IMG/VR virus record: IMGVR_UViG_3300046689_000199
DNA from: a virus
Length of the DNA stretch: 64,000 nt
Reading direction: 5' to 3' (one strand)
The notes under the pieces were generated by a model. It searched no databases. It saw only the letters and a list, made by a program, of their open reading frames with translations, and was not told where the DNA came from. The translations under genes and the position numbers were made by a program. Numbering within the stretch: the first letter of the stretch is position 1; every line of letters starts with the position of its first letter. Below are positions 43,298-52,441 of the stretch, one piece after another.

Positions 43298-44149
43298 CTA
43301 GTTCTCAGTCTCACGGTGCTGTCCATTCGGGTTGTCGGTGTGATCGACTCCGAACGCCGATGTGGCATCGCGCTTGGCGTACGGCTGCCAGCCGCCCTCC
43401 TTCTTCCGCTTGATCGCAGAGTGGGTAGCTGCCGCTCCAGCGACTGCCGCCAGACCCGCCGCGGCCTTCCCGCCGTGACGTCCCACTGCCTTCAGGGACC
43501 CAGTCGAGATGGCCTTGTAGTGGTTGGCCCGAGCAGAGCTGATCTTGGCCGCGCCCTTCACATCCCGGGTCACCTCGGCCACCACATGGGGCTTGATCCC
43601 CTTCCCCGCCTCGACGGCCTTCAGTCCGTGGTGTGCGGCGTACGCGCCGCCACCGCCGGCACCTACCAGCGCTGCTCCGCCGTAGGCGTCAGCTCGCTTC
43701 TTCCGGCTCCCCTCGGAGTCGAAGTTGGAGGCGGAGGGGGTCCAGGCCTTCTCGATCTCAGCCTCGATCTGCTCGTGCGTGAGCGGGCGACCCTCCTCGC
43801 CGTAGTAGCCCATGTCCATGCCCAGCTCCTTCTTCACCGGTACCGCCGGCTGCTTCCGCCTCCGCGACTCAGCCGAGTAGATGCTCGCCTGGTTGAACCC
43901 ACCCACGCCACCGATGCCACCGGAGACGATCCCGGACTTCAGGGCAGCACCCTCCATGCCCTTGGGGGTGGCTGTCTTCAGCCCCGGGAGCTTCTGGATC
44001 GCCTTCAGCGCACCGGGCTTCTTCGCCGCGACCGCAGCCGCGCCAGTCACTCCGAGCGCAGTCAGACCCATCGTGGAGGTGGTCCGACCGATCTTGGACT
44101 GCAGCTTCTGTCGACGGCGCTGCTCCGCCTCACTCATCAGTCTGGCCAT
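43298..44149 (-). CDS. Gly/Ala/Lys-rich head-module protein ending ...SAFGVDHTDNPNGQHRETEN (paralog set, member 3)
   Basis: Paralogy with the two genes upstream; carries the shared motif near its C-terminus. Confidence 0.5.
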   Translation of the reverse strand: MARLMSEAEQRRRQKLQSKIGRTTSTMGLTALGVTGAAAVAAKKPGALKAIQKLPGLKTATPKGMEGAALKSGIVSGGIGGVGGFNQASIYSAESRRRKQPAVPVKKELGMDMGYYGEEGRPLTHEQIEAEIEKAWTPSASNFDSEGSRKKRADAYGGAALVGAGGGGAYAAHHGLKAVEAGKGIKPHVVAEVTRDVKGAAKISSARANHYKAISTGSLKAVGRHGGKAAAGLAAVAGAAATHSAIKRKKEGGWQPYAKRDATSAFGVDHTDNPNGQHRETEN

Positions 44150-45165
44150 CAGTGCTCCACTCCGAACGCGCTCATCCGCAGATTCTTCTGCACGGGCTTC
44201 TTGTCCCTGACTCTGGTCGCGATCAGACCGCCGGCACCAGCGGCACCTGCGATCGCAGCCGGAACTCGACCTCTGCCGATCACCTTCGCAGTGTTCCCGT
44301 ACACATGCGAGAAGTGCTCTCCCTGGGCCGCTGCCCCACGCAGGGCTCCGGCCTTCCGAGCGGTCTCCGGGTTCACCCCGTGGAACACCTTCTTGTCCCG
44401 GAGGATGTCAGTCATCTCGCGCTCGGGCCGCATGGTCTTCGGGAAGTTCTCTGCCGTGCCACCCCTGGCGAGGTGCTTCTTGTACCGGCGGAGGTCCTGG
44501 TCAGGCTTGCGGCCTCCCAGACCTGGGACCAGCTTCTGCGCCTGGTCGATGCTGGCGTTCGTGCGGGTCGTCCACTTCCGCTCCTGCCCCCGCAGCAGCT
44601 TCGTACCGCCATGGCTGAGCGCCAGTCCAGTTCCGCCCACGCCCGCCAGGGTGGCGTTGTACTGGTCCGAGTGCCGCTCGCTCTTCTGCACTCGCTCGCG
44701 CTTCGCGCGCTTCAGACCCCACGCCGTCGTCGCAGCACCTCCGATCAGGGCTGCCCCGGCCACCTTCTTGCCGCCCTTCATGTGCCGGATGATCTGCTCC
44801 TCGGGGCCGATCTTCCCCGTCGTGTAGCCATGGGAGAAGGCGTGGCTGGCTGCCTTCTCCGGAGCTACCTGGCGCGCGCCGATGGTCTTGGCCTGGTCGG
44901 TGAAGCCGTACAGACCTCCCTCGTGCGCGTGCGTACGGAAGCCGAGGACACCACCGGGCAGCGCCTTGGCTGCTGGTGCCTTCCCAGTCACAGTGGAGAC
45001 CGCTCGCTTCACGCCCTTGCCACTGGCCGGCCTGGTGCGGAGCACTCCAGTGAAGTCAGACTTCGCCCCAGGGATCCCGCCAGCCGCCAGGCCAGCACCA
45101 GCAGTGACCGCGCCACCAGACGCGATCGCAGCTCCCGAGGCACCGTGGTCCTTCTTGCTAGCCAT
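44149..45165 (-). CDS. Gly/Ala/Lys-rich head-module protein ending ...MSAFGVEH (member 2)
   Basis: TGATG coupling with the next gene; shared motif. Confidence 0.5.
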   Translation of the reverse strand: MASKKDHGASGAAIASGGAVTAGAGLAAGGIPGAKSDFTGVLRTRPASGKGVKRAVSTVTGKAPAAKALPGGVLGFRTHAHEGGLYGFTDQAKTIGARQVAPEKAASHAFSHGYTTGKIGPEEQIIRHMKGGKKVAGAALIGGAATTAWGLKRAKRERVQKSERHSDQYNATLAGVGGTGLALSHGGTKLLRGQERKWTTRTNASIDQAQKLVPGLGGRKPDQDLRRYKKHLARGGTAENFPKTMRPEREMTDILRDKKVFHGVNPETARKAGALRGAAAQGEHFSHVYGNTAKVIGRGRVPAAIAGAAGAGGLIATRVRDKKPVQKNLRMSAFGVEH

Positions 45166-45829
45166 GGTCGACTCCGAACGCCGAGATGGTCATGGACTTC
45201 TTCACCTTCCGGTGCCCGAGCCCAGCTCCCACTGCTGCACCACCGAGAACCGCGGCAGCCACTGCCGGCTTCTTGTTCAGTGCAACCCCGACCTTCCGAG
45301 CTCGGTAGGAGGGGATGCCCTTCGGGAAGTGCTCGTCGAACATCTTGGCCTTCTGCCGCACGTCTCCCTTCGGCGTGCGCTTGTACTTGTTCAGTGCGGG
45401 CTTGTGCGGGCCCTCGGTGTACGGCCCGTAGTTGCCCTTGGTGGTCAGCGGCTTGAACTGGTGCTCAGCGATCGACTTGGACCCGTAGTCCGCTCCCGTG
45501 CGCGCGAAGTGCCCAGCTCCAGCACCGACCGCAGCCCCAGCCGCGGCGTTCTTCTTCCGGTCGTCGGCCTTGGAGACCTTCTTGTCCGGTGCCACCAGAG
45601 CAGCCCCACCGGCAGCGATCCCGCCTCCAGCCAGCGCGTGACCCGGGTTGTTGATGATCGCGTTCGCCTGCCAGCGCGGACTCGTGAGCTTGTCCCGGAG
45701 CAGGGGGGCCTTCACGTACTGGCCTCGACCCACCTTGGGCCGGTGCTTGTGCGCCTTCGCCCGACGACTGACGACACGAGCACCACCAGCCACGCTCTTG
45801 GGCCGGAAGGCGGCGGTGGCCACGCTCAC
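45158..45829 (-). CDS. Gly/Ala/Lys-rich head-module protein ending ...ISAFGVDHG (member 1)
   Basis: Shared motif; 8-nt overlap with the downstream paralog. Confidence 0.5.
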   Translation of the reverse strand: MSVATAAFRPKSVAGGARVVSRRAKAHKHRPKVGRGQYVKAPLLRDKLTSPRWQANAIINNPGHALAGGGIAAGGAALVAPDKKVSKADDRKKNAAAGAAVGAGAGHFARTGADYGSKSIAEHQFKPLTTKGNYGPYTEGPHKPALNKYKRTPKGDVRQKAKMFDEHFPKGIPSYRARKVGVALNKKPAVAAAVLGGAAVGAGLGHRKVKKSMTISAFGVDHG

Positions 45830-46860
45830 GACGGCGTCCGCTTCCCGTGGCCGTGGATCGAGAACCCGGTCCGCTTCCCGACCTTGATGTCACTCCAGAC
45901 CTGCTGGTCCTGGACCTGGAAGCCGACCCACCAGCCAGTGGGGACCGAGTCCGGGAGGCCCATCGCGTCCCGCTTCTCGGGGGTGACGATGAAGCTCTCG
46001 ATCATCTCGGACTTCTGGATCGGGGCCCAGTTGTCCCGTAGGTGCATGTCGCCACCCTTCCGGGACTTCATCACGTACTGGTAGCCGGCCTTCTCCATCT
46101 CGTCGGCGGAGATGTAGTCACCCTGCAGGTCCACCACCGGCTGACCGTCGACCTCGACCACGCTGGCCCAGCCGAACACCTGCTGCTTGTCCGCGTCGGC
46201 CTTGGCGAAGTCACCCTCCCAGACCACGTCGATCTCGGTGTCGGCCTTCTCGACCTTGTTGGTGGTGGTGATCTTGTCCGGGAGCTTCTTCAGCGCTCCT
46301 GCGCCCTTCTTGGTGTACTCCAACCCCTTCTTCTGGACCTTGGGGTTGGTGAGCATCGCCCGGGTCACACTGCCCTTGGTCGGCGGCTCCTTGACGTTGT
46401 TCAGCAGCATGTCGGTGGCGCTCTTGCTCACCGGCTTCAGGTTGCCCTTCTTCTTCGTGTCCCCGTGCAGGATCTTGGTGGCCATCAGCTCACCACCCAG
46501 TCCACCAACCTCCAGCGGAACCAGCGCGGAGGCGAACTTCTTCTCGCCCACTGCGGTCTTCAGAGCAGCTCGCCGAGCACCAGGAGCGTGGAACCCGAAC
46601 GCGGCCTTCTGCGCACCGCGCGCGACCCGGTAGGCACCCCCGGTCTCCTTGGCGGCTAGGCCCAGACCAGCTGCGCCGGCGGTCGCACCGACCGCGCTCA
46701 GGCCAGCGGTGATCGCTCGCTTCTTCTTGTCGTGAGTCGCCAGATCGGACTGCACCGGGCTGATCTTGGAGACGAGCTCATCTCCCCCGCCACCGAACAG
46801 CAGGTCAGCCACCTCACGGAACGTCTCGTCCGTGGCCAGCAGCTTGCGGATGTCGCTCAT
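45826..46860 (-). CDS. Putative prohead protease/scaffold-like protein (start at MSDIRKL, 344 aa); lysine-rich N-terminal half
   Basis: Position after the MuF-like gene. Contains an AAFGFHAPG segment that resembles the SAFGVDHG motif. Confidence 0.4.
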   Translation of the reverse strand: MSDIRKLLATDETFREVADLLFGGGGDELVSKISPVQSDLATHDKKKRAITAGLSAVGATAGAAGLGLAAKETGGAYRVARGAQKAAFGFHAPGARRAALKTAVGEKKFASALVPLEVGGLGGELMATKILHGDTKKKGNLKPVSKSATDMLLNNVKEPPTKGSVTRAMLTNPKVQKKGLEYTKKGAGALKKLPDKITTTNKVEKADTEIDVVWEGDFAKADADKQQVFGWASVVEVDGQPVVDLQGDYISADEMEKAGYQYVMKSRKGGDMHLRDNWAPIQKSEMIESFIVTPEKRDAMGLPDSVPTGWWVGFQVQDQQVWSDIKVGKRTGFSIHGHGKRTPS

Positions 46861-46882
46861 GTCTCCATCGTCCTCACGTGCG

Positions 46883-48922
46883 CTAGTCGAAGAAGGGTGA
46901 AGGCTGCTCGACCTCCTCCACCTCTGGCTCCAAGTGGAAGATCTGCAGGGACAGGTCACCGTACTGGGCCCACTCCGCCGGCAGCGGCTCAGCGTTGTAG
47001 TTGCCCGAGGTCACCCAGGTCTCCTTACCGGCCTTGCTGCCATGCGTGACCTGGGTGGTGGTTCCCAGATCGGAGTCGTGGCCCTCGTCCAGACGGAGGA
47101 TCTTGTAGTCGAAGTCGTCGTCGGTGATGTTCATCCGCTCCGCCAGCTCGGAGTACTTCATCTGCTGAGGATGGTCCGCGTTGGAGTAGTTGCTCTTCCA
47201 CATGACCGTGGCCTCGGGATCGCCACCGTTCCAGTCCGAGTCCAGCATCCGTCCCTGGTAGGCCTTCCAGGCGATCACATTGAGGATGTCGTCGTCGCTG
47301 ACCACCGCGTGCCACCGGTTCCCTGGCGTTGGGTCCCAGGTCAGCTGCTCATCCTCGCCGTAGATCACGGTCTCGTAGACCGCGCTGATCGACTCCTCGA
47401 ACCGCTCGTAGGCACTTCGTCTGACCTCGTCCAGGTCCGGGCTGAACTGCACGTCGTGGTTCAGCGCGTACTTGTTGCGGTAGACATCGACGTCAGTGGG
47501 ATCGACCACCGCGTAGACCGGGTACCGGTGCCCAGCGTCGTCCTGGATCTTGATCGTGGCCTTGGTGTAGGTCTTCAGCGGGCGCGGAGTCGCTGGCCGC
47601 TGTGCATCCGCCAGGATGGCCCGGGTCAGCTTGGTCTCCATCGCCACCCGCATCTGTGGTGTGACCCTCAGCGCGACCTTCTGCTTGACCTCCTCAGGAG
47701 TGAGCATGACCTTGCCCTGGGCCATGCCAGTCCGCATCGAGACCTTGGGCTCGCCCATCTTGACCCCACCACTGGCCATGCTCACGTTCCCAGCCATGCT
47801 GACCTGACCAGCCATCTTGACCTTGGCGGGCTTGCTCGCCATCGAGACTCGCTCGGTGGTCAGGCTGACTCGCTCCGGCTCCTCCTTCGCTTCATCCCGT
47901 AGCTCCTGGAGCTGCTCGAAGATCGTGCTCTCGGGCTGAGCGATCACGTCCGGCTCACGGTCCTTCTCTGCCACTCGGGAGAACCGACCGGGGTTCTTCG
48001 GGTCACCCCCGCGCGGGTGCTCCTTGGGGTCCCAGTCGTCCGCTGCCTTGGAGAACCGGTTCTCGATCAGCCGGACCACGCACCGGCAGTTCGGGTGCAG
48101 GCCAGGCGTCCAGAACTCCCCGACGTGAGTCCTGAACCGGTCGTTGACCCCGATCTTCTGACCGTGCAGTGGACCGCACACCGGGCAGACCCGCTCGTCC
48201 TTCGCGGTGATCCACATCTTCTGAGCCTTGGGCGAGAGCTGGCCCTTGTCTTGCATCCACATCCAGGCGAACTGCTTCGCCTGCTCGTCGATGTTGTGCT
48301 CCTCCTGGCGAGCCAGCTTCCTGACCCGAGTGGTGAAGGACTTGTCGATGTACGCCCGCGCGCGTGCCTTCACGTCGAACCAGGCTGGTGAGTCGACTGG
48401 CACAGCGAACTGCTTGTTCGAGGTGAACCCACGCATCTGCCGCGGGGTCAGCCCGTAGGCGTCCAGCACCTTGTCCGCAGCAGCCTTGGCCGGCACCCGG
48501 CGGTTGACCATGGTGTTGAAGCCATCAGCCAGAGCATCCCGCGAGGAGCCATGGAAGTAGTCCCCGATCTTCTCCGCGTGCTTGTCGGCCAGGTCGTAGA
48601 TGACACTCATCGGGACGTCACCAGCCCCAGCCGCCCGGTACGCCCGGATGTAGGCGTCCGCCATGATCGGAGCGGAGATCTTCCGGTACCGCCAGAACAC
48701 CAGCTGCCAGGCCACGTCAGCAGCCCTCAGCAGCGAGGCCTCAGTGGGCTCGACCAACCCCCGGACCTCGGTCTTCATCTCCTCGATCATCCGCAGCCGA
48801 GCCGCCATCAGGGCAGCCTCGATCGCGTCCGAGGGAGACCCGAGGAACTCCCCAGCCTTGGGGAGATCCCGGGGTCGCAGATCAGTCGGGTTGAAGTGGA
48901 GCTCTACGGTCGGGTTGCTCAC
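46883..48922 (-). CDS. Phage head morphogenesis protein, Mu F/SPP1 gp7 family, with a long C-terminal extension
   Basis: CPVCGPLHGQ...HPNCRCVV motif characteristic of the Phage_Mu_F domain. Confidence 0.7.
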   Translation of the reverse strand: MSNPTVELHFNPTDLRPRDLPKAGEFLGSPSDAIEAALMAARLRMIEEMKTEVRGLVEPTEASLLRAADVAWQLVFWRYRKISAPIMADAYIRAYRAAGAGDVPMSVIYDLADKHAEKIGDYFHGSSRDALADGFNTMVNRRVPAKAAADKVLDAYGLTPRQMRGFTSNKQFAVPVDSPAWFDVKARARAYIDKSFTTRVRKLARQEEHNIDEQAKQFAWMWMQDKGQLSPKAQKMWITAKDERVCPVCGPLHGQKIGVNDRFRTHVGEFWTPGLHPNCRCVVRLIENRFSKAADDWDPKEHPRGGDPKNPGRFSRVAEKDREPDVIAQPESTIFEQLQELRDEAKEEPERVSLTTERVSMASKPAKVKMAGQVSMAGNVSMASGGVKMGEPKVSMRTGMAQGKVMLTPEEVKQKVALRVTPQMRVAMETKLTRAILADAQRPATPRPLKTYTKATIKIQDDAGHRYPVYAVVDPTDVDVYRNKYALNHDVQFSPDLDEVRRSAYERFEESISAVYETVIYGEDEQLTWDPTPGNRWHAVVSDDDILNVIAWKAYQGRMLDSDWNGGDPEATVMWKSNYSNADHPQQMKYSELAERMNITDDDFDYKILRLDEGHDSDLGTTTQVTHGSKAGKETWVTSGNYNAEPLPAEWAQYGDLSLQIFHLEPEVEEVEQPSPFFD

Positions 48923-51900
48923 GAGTTACCAGGCAGCCGCCTGTGCGCGGACTCGTAGACCGCCCACTCCCGTGGCCGCTGGCGCTTGAACGCATCCAGA
49001 TCACCACTGGTGGTCAACAGCCCAGCATCAGCCTGCGCCCGCAGGTCGTCGGCCAGGTCGTGGATCACCTTCAGCTCGGTCTTGTCCGCGTCCGGGTCCT
49101 TGCCCAGGTAGGCAGCGTCGATCTTCATCTGATCGGCCTGCTTCGAGGCCTGGGAGGTCGGCGCTGCACTCGCTGGCGGAGTCGGGTTGTTGATCGTCAG
49201 CGATCGGTTCGCCGGGGACTGCGACCGACGAGCAGACCGCTGGTCCTCAGAGAGATTGGCCAGCAGCGCCCGGGTCTTCTGGATGTACTCCATTCGGTCA
49301 GTGATCTTGTCCGCGTCGCGCATGATCCCGCCACCGAGTCCAGGGCTGGTGGTGTCCACGTTGAGCCGCTCCAGGTCGGAGCTGTTCAGCGCGATTCCGG
49401 GGCTGTCAGTGAGCAGCTCCTGCATGTTGGCCAGGGTCCGGTGCTCGCTCTCCAGCTCGGAGTCAGTGAGGTGGCTGAGCGGGATCCCATGCACCACGCT
49501 CGCGCGCGAGGAGGAGTCCACCTTGTCCAGCTCCTTGGTCACCTTCTGCTCGTTCGCCCCAGGTCGGTAGGCCGGGCCCTCGAAGGTGGGCGGCTGCGGG
49601 GTCCACAGTGCAGCCGTCGAGCGGTCGAAGGGCTTCCGGTCTCGGAACCCAGTGGCCGACTGGTACTCACGTAGCATCCGGTCCGCGTTGACCGGACCGA
49701 TCGCAGTCCGCACGTTGGGGTCGTTCAGGTACGAGTCCACGAACTGCTTGAACCTGGCCTGCTTGGTCGGGTCCTTCATCTCCGCTGGGGTGTAGGCCAG
49801 CTGCTCGGCGAACCCCTTCTGGTCCTCCAGGTTCAGGGTCCGCTTGGCGCTCTCCTGGACCTTGGTCCCGACCTCGGTGGCCTTGTACTCCAGGGCCTGC
49901 ACCGCGGCCTTCTCCGCGCGCGCCTCGTGCACCTCTCGGACCGAGGAGCCACCGCCACCACTGGGCTGGTCCGGAGTGAGGTCGAGTGGCTTCAGCCGAC
50001 CGCCGCGTGCGCCCTGGTAGTCGGCCTCAGCAGCGGAGTACTTCCCGCCCTTGCCGGCGAACTGGGAACGAGTGTGGGCACCGAACAGCCCAGCCGCAGC
50101 CGCGGTCGGACGGTTCCGGCCAGGCTCGACGTAGCCCCGGTCCAGGGTGGTGTCGATCTTCTTCTCCGCGTCCCGAGGAGGCGTCCAGCGCGGCTTGGAG
50201 ATGTAGTACGGGAACTGCTCCTGGAGAGCGTCCAGGGCAGCCTTGTACCCGGCGCTGTTCAGCCGGAACTTGGTCTCCTTCTGGTCCATCAGGTCGTCCA
50301 TCACCTGGGCCCGGATCTTGGCCCGCTCCGGCTCCGAGGCACCAGCAGCCCGCGCGTTGATGATCAGCTCAGCGCGCTTCTCGTCCTGCTCGGTGATGTA
50401 CGGGTTCTCCTTGAACTCGTCGACCCGCTCCTTGATCGCGTCCTGGATGTCAGAGCGACGCCAGCCGGGCCCGCTCATCTCCTCCTTGACCTCGTTCTCG
50501 ATCTGGAGCCGCATCTCCGGGTCGATGTCGATCCGGTCCACCTGCTGGCTCTGGACCGCGTCCAGGAGCTGCTCGTAGCGCCGGGTCATCCGACGCGCCT
50601 TGTCGCTGTGCCGGCGTCCACCACGGAAGTCCGGCTCGAAGGTCATCGTGTAGGTGCCCGAGCGAGAGGTCACTGTGACCTGGCGCGCACCCGAGATCAG
50701 CCCGGTGTAGATGTCCTCGGAGGTGAGTCCACCCACCGAGCGGGTCCGGATGTACTCCCCGCCCTTCAGCCCCTTCAGGTGCTTCAGGTTGAACGGGAGG
50801 TAGTGGTCGTCGCCGTAGCCCACTGCCTGAGCGACCAGCTGACCCTCGGAGTTGATGATCACGCCCTCGGACGGAGGAGTGTTCCCAGCAGCCAGCTGCA
50901 GGTCGTACAGGCTCTTCTGGGGCATCTTCGCGCGCAGGTGGTCCACCACTGCCCGACGACCCAGCTCACGCTCGTCCCAGGTCGGACCGCGGTTCTCCCG
51001 CTCCGCACGCGCCAGGGCCATCTGGTGCGCAGTCGGCTGAGCGCCCGGCTTCCCGGCCCGACGAGGCTCCCGGACTCCGTGCTCCAGTTCGGTGGTGGGG
51101 CTGTACATCTTGGCCTGGTTCACACCCTGCCCGTACGCGCGCACCATCGCCCGCTCGGGGGTCTTCTCGGTGCCCCGGTACCGGTAGGCGGTCTTCCGTG
51201 AGGTGGGGCCGAGCACCTTCTCCGCCTCAGGACCGGCCTGGCCCACGATCTCCGCGACCTTGCCGGCCAGCTGGACCTTGGATCCAGGCGGGCCCACAGC
51301 ACCCAGGAACGTCCCTGCCGCAGCAGTCCGACCGTAGAGCTTGGCGTTGGTGTTCCTGTCTTCTCCAGACGACAACCACTGCTCAGCGAAGGTTCCAGCA
51401 TTCCGCCCAGCTGCGTTCGTGGACGCGACACTCTGCGGGGACATCGAGCCACCCATCGCGGTGGCCAGCCCGAAGGCAGCTCCACCAGCGGTCAGCGTCT
51501 CGGGCTTCGCGATCGCACCCATCAGCCGGGTGTCCGGGTCAGCCAGCAGGTCCTTGGGCGGGGTGCGCCCCGTGTGCACCTGAGACCAGGTCTCCCCAGT
51601 CTTCTTGTCCTTGAACTGCAGGAGCACCTGCTGGTTCCCGCTCCCGCCGGCGGACTGAGAGACCGAGCCCAGGAAGTCCGAGAGCTGCCGGTACTCGTCC
51701 TGGAACCGGATCCGGTCCTCCTCGTGGAGGTCCTTGTCCCCGACCTTCTTCGGGGTCTCGGTGCCCAGGATGGCCTGCGCCATCTTCGGCTTCAGCTCCT
51801 GGGTCTGCCGCTCGGTGACCTTCATCTGGAAGCGGCCAGTGGTGGGGTCACGACGGAAGTCGGACTCCTTGAAGTGGTAGCCGTGCTCGTAGGGGTTCTT

Positions 51901-52440
51901 CACCTTGGAGATGGCACCGTCGAACATCGCGAGCGCCTGGGCGTAGGCGACTGCCTGCTCGTCGTCCATGCCCTTGGCAACCAGCCGGAGGTGAGCCTGC
52001 TTCACGTTCGCCAGCTGCTTGGAGATCACCTCGTCCAGGTGCCGCTGCAGGGTGCCGAGGTTCTTCTCGATGTCGGTCTCGAACAGCTCTCCGACCAGGA
52101 TCACCGAGTACATCTCGGCGGTGTCGTCGTCCATCTTCATGATCAGGTCGAAGGTCTTCTGCGCGGCCTCCTGGTTGAAGGTGGGGTCGTCGGAGACCGG
52201 GAGCAGCATCTTCTTGACGGCCCCCTTCTTCTTCCGCCGGTGCGCCCGCTCGATGTCCTGCACGCGCGGGAACTGGTTGGCCAGGCCACCGGCGACCGTG
52301 CCGGCCACGACCGGCTTCAGCCAGCCCTCCGTCTTCACCGACATCTTCGACACCTTCTTCTCCTCGGCCTCCCAGCGCTGAGCGATCTTCGGGTGCTTGG
52401 CGTGCAGGTACCGGCGCTGTGCCACGCTCTTGAACGGCAT
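48919..52440 (-). CDS. Large virion-associated protein (1173 aa) of unknown function between the portal and MuF-like genes
   Basis: Start coupled to the portal stop (TGAGATG); no recognised domain. Confidence 0.55.
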   Translation of the reverse strand: MPFKSVAQRRYLHAKHPKIAQRWEAEEKKVSKMSVKTEGWLKPVVAGTVAGGLANQFPRVQDIERAHRRKKKGAVKKMLLPVSDDPTFNQEAAQKTFDLIMKMDDDTAEMYSVILVGELFETDIEKNLGTLQRHLDEVISKQLANVKQAHLRLVAKGMDDEQAVAYAQALAMFDGAISKVKNPYEHGYHFKESDFRRDPTTGRFQMKVTERQTQELKPKMAQAILGTETPKKVGDKDLHEEDRIRFQDEYRQLSDFLGSVSQSAGGSGNQQVLLQFKDKKTGETWSQVHTGRTPPKDLLADPDTRLMGAIAKPETLTAGGAAFGLATAMGGSMSPQSVASTNAAGRNAGTFAEQWLSSGEDRNTNAKLYGRTAAAGTFLGAVGPPGSKVQLAGKVAEIVGQAGPEAEKVLGPTSRKTAYRYRGTEKTPERAMVRAYGQGVNQAKMYSPTTELEHGVREPRRAGKPGAQPTAHQMALARAERENRGPTWDERELGRRAVVDHLRAKMPQKSLYDLQLAAGNTPPSEGVIINSEGQLVAQAVGYGDDHYLPFNLKHLKGLKGGEYIRTRSVGGLTSEDIYTGLISGARQVTVTSRSGTYTMTFEPDFRGGRRHSDKARRMTRRYEQLLDAVQSQQVDRIDIDPEMRLQIENEVKEEMSGPGWRRSDIQDAIKERVDEFKENPYITEQDEKRAELIINARAAGASEPERAKIRAQVMDDLMDQKETKFRLNSAGYKAALDALQEQFPYYISKPRWTPPRDAEKKIDTTLDRGYVEPGRNRPTAAAAGLFGAHTRSQFAGKGGKYSAAEADYQGARGGRLKPLDLTPDQPSGGGGSSVREVHEARAEKAAVQALEYKATEVGTKVQESAKRTLNLEDQKGFAEQLAYTPAEMKDPTKQARFKQFVDSYLNDPNVRTAIGPVNADRMLREYQSATGFRDRKPFDRSTAALWTPQPPTFEGPAYRPGANEQKVTKELDKVDSSSRASVVHGIPLSHLTDSELESEHRTLANMQELLTDSPGIALNSSDLERLNVDTTSPGLGGGIMRDADKITDRMEYIQKTRALLANLSEDQRSARRSQSPANRSLTINNPTPPASAAPTSQASKQADQMKIDAAYLGKDPDADKTELKVIHDLADDLRAQADAGLLTTSGDLDAFKRQRPREWAVYESAHRRLPGNS

Positions 52441-52441
52441 C

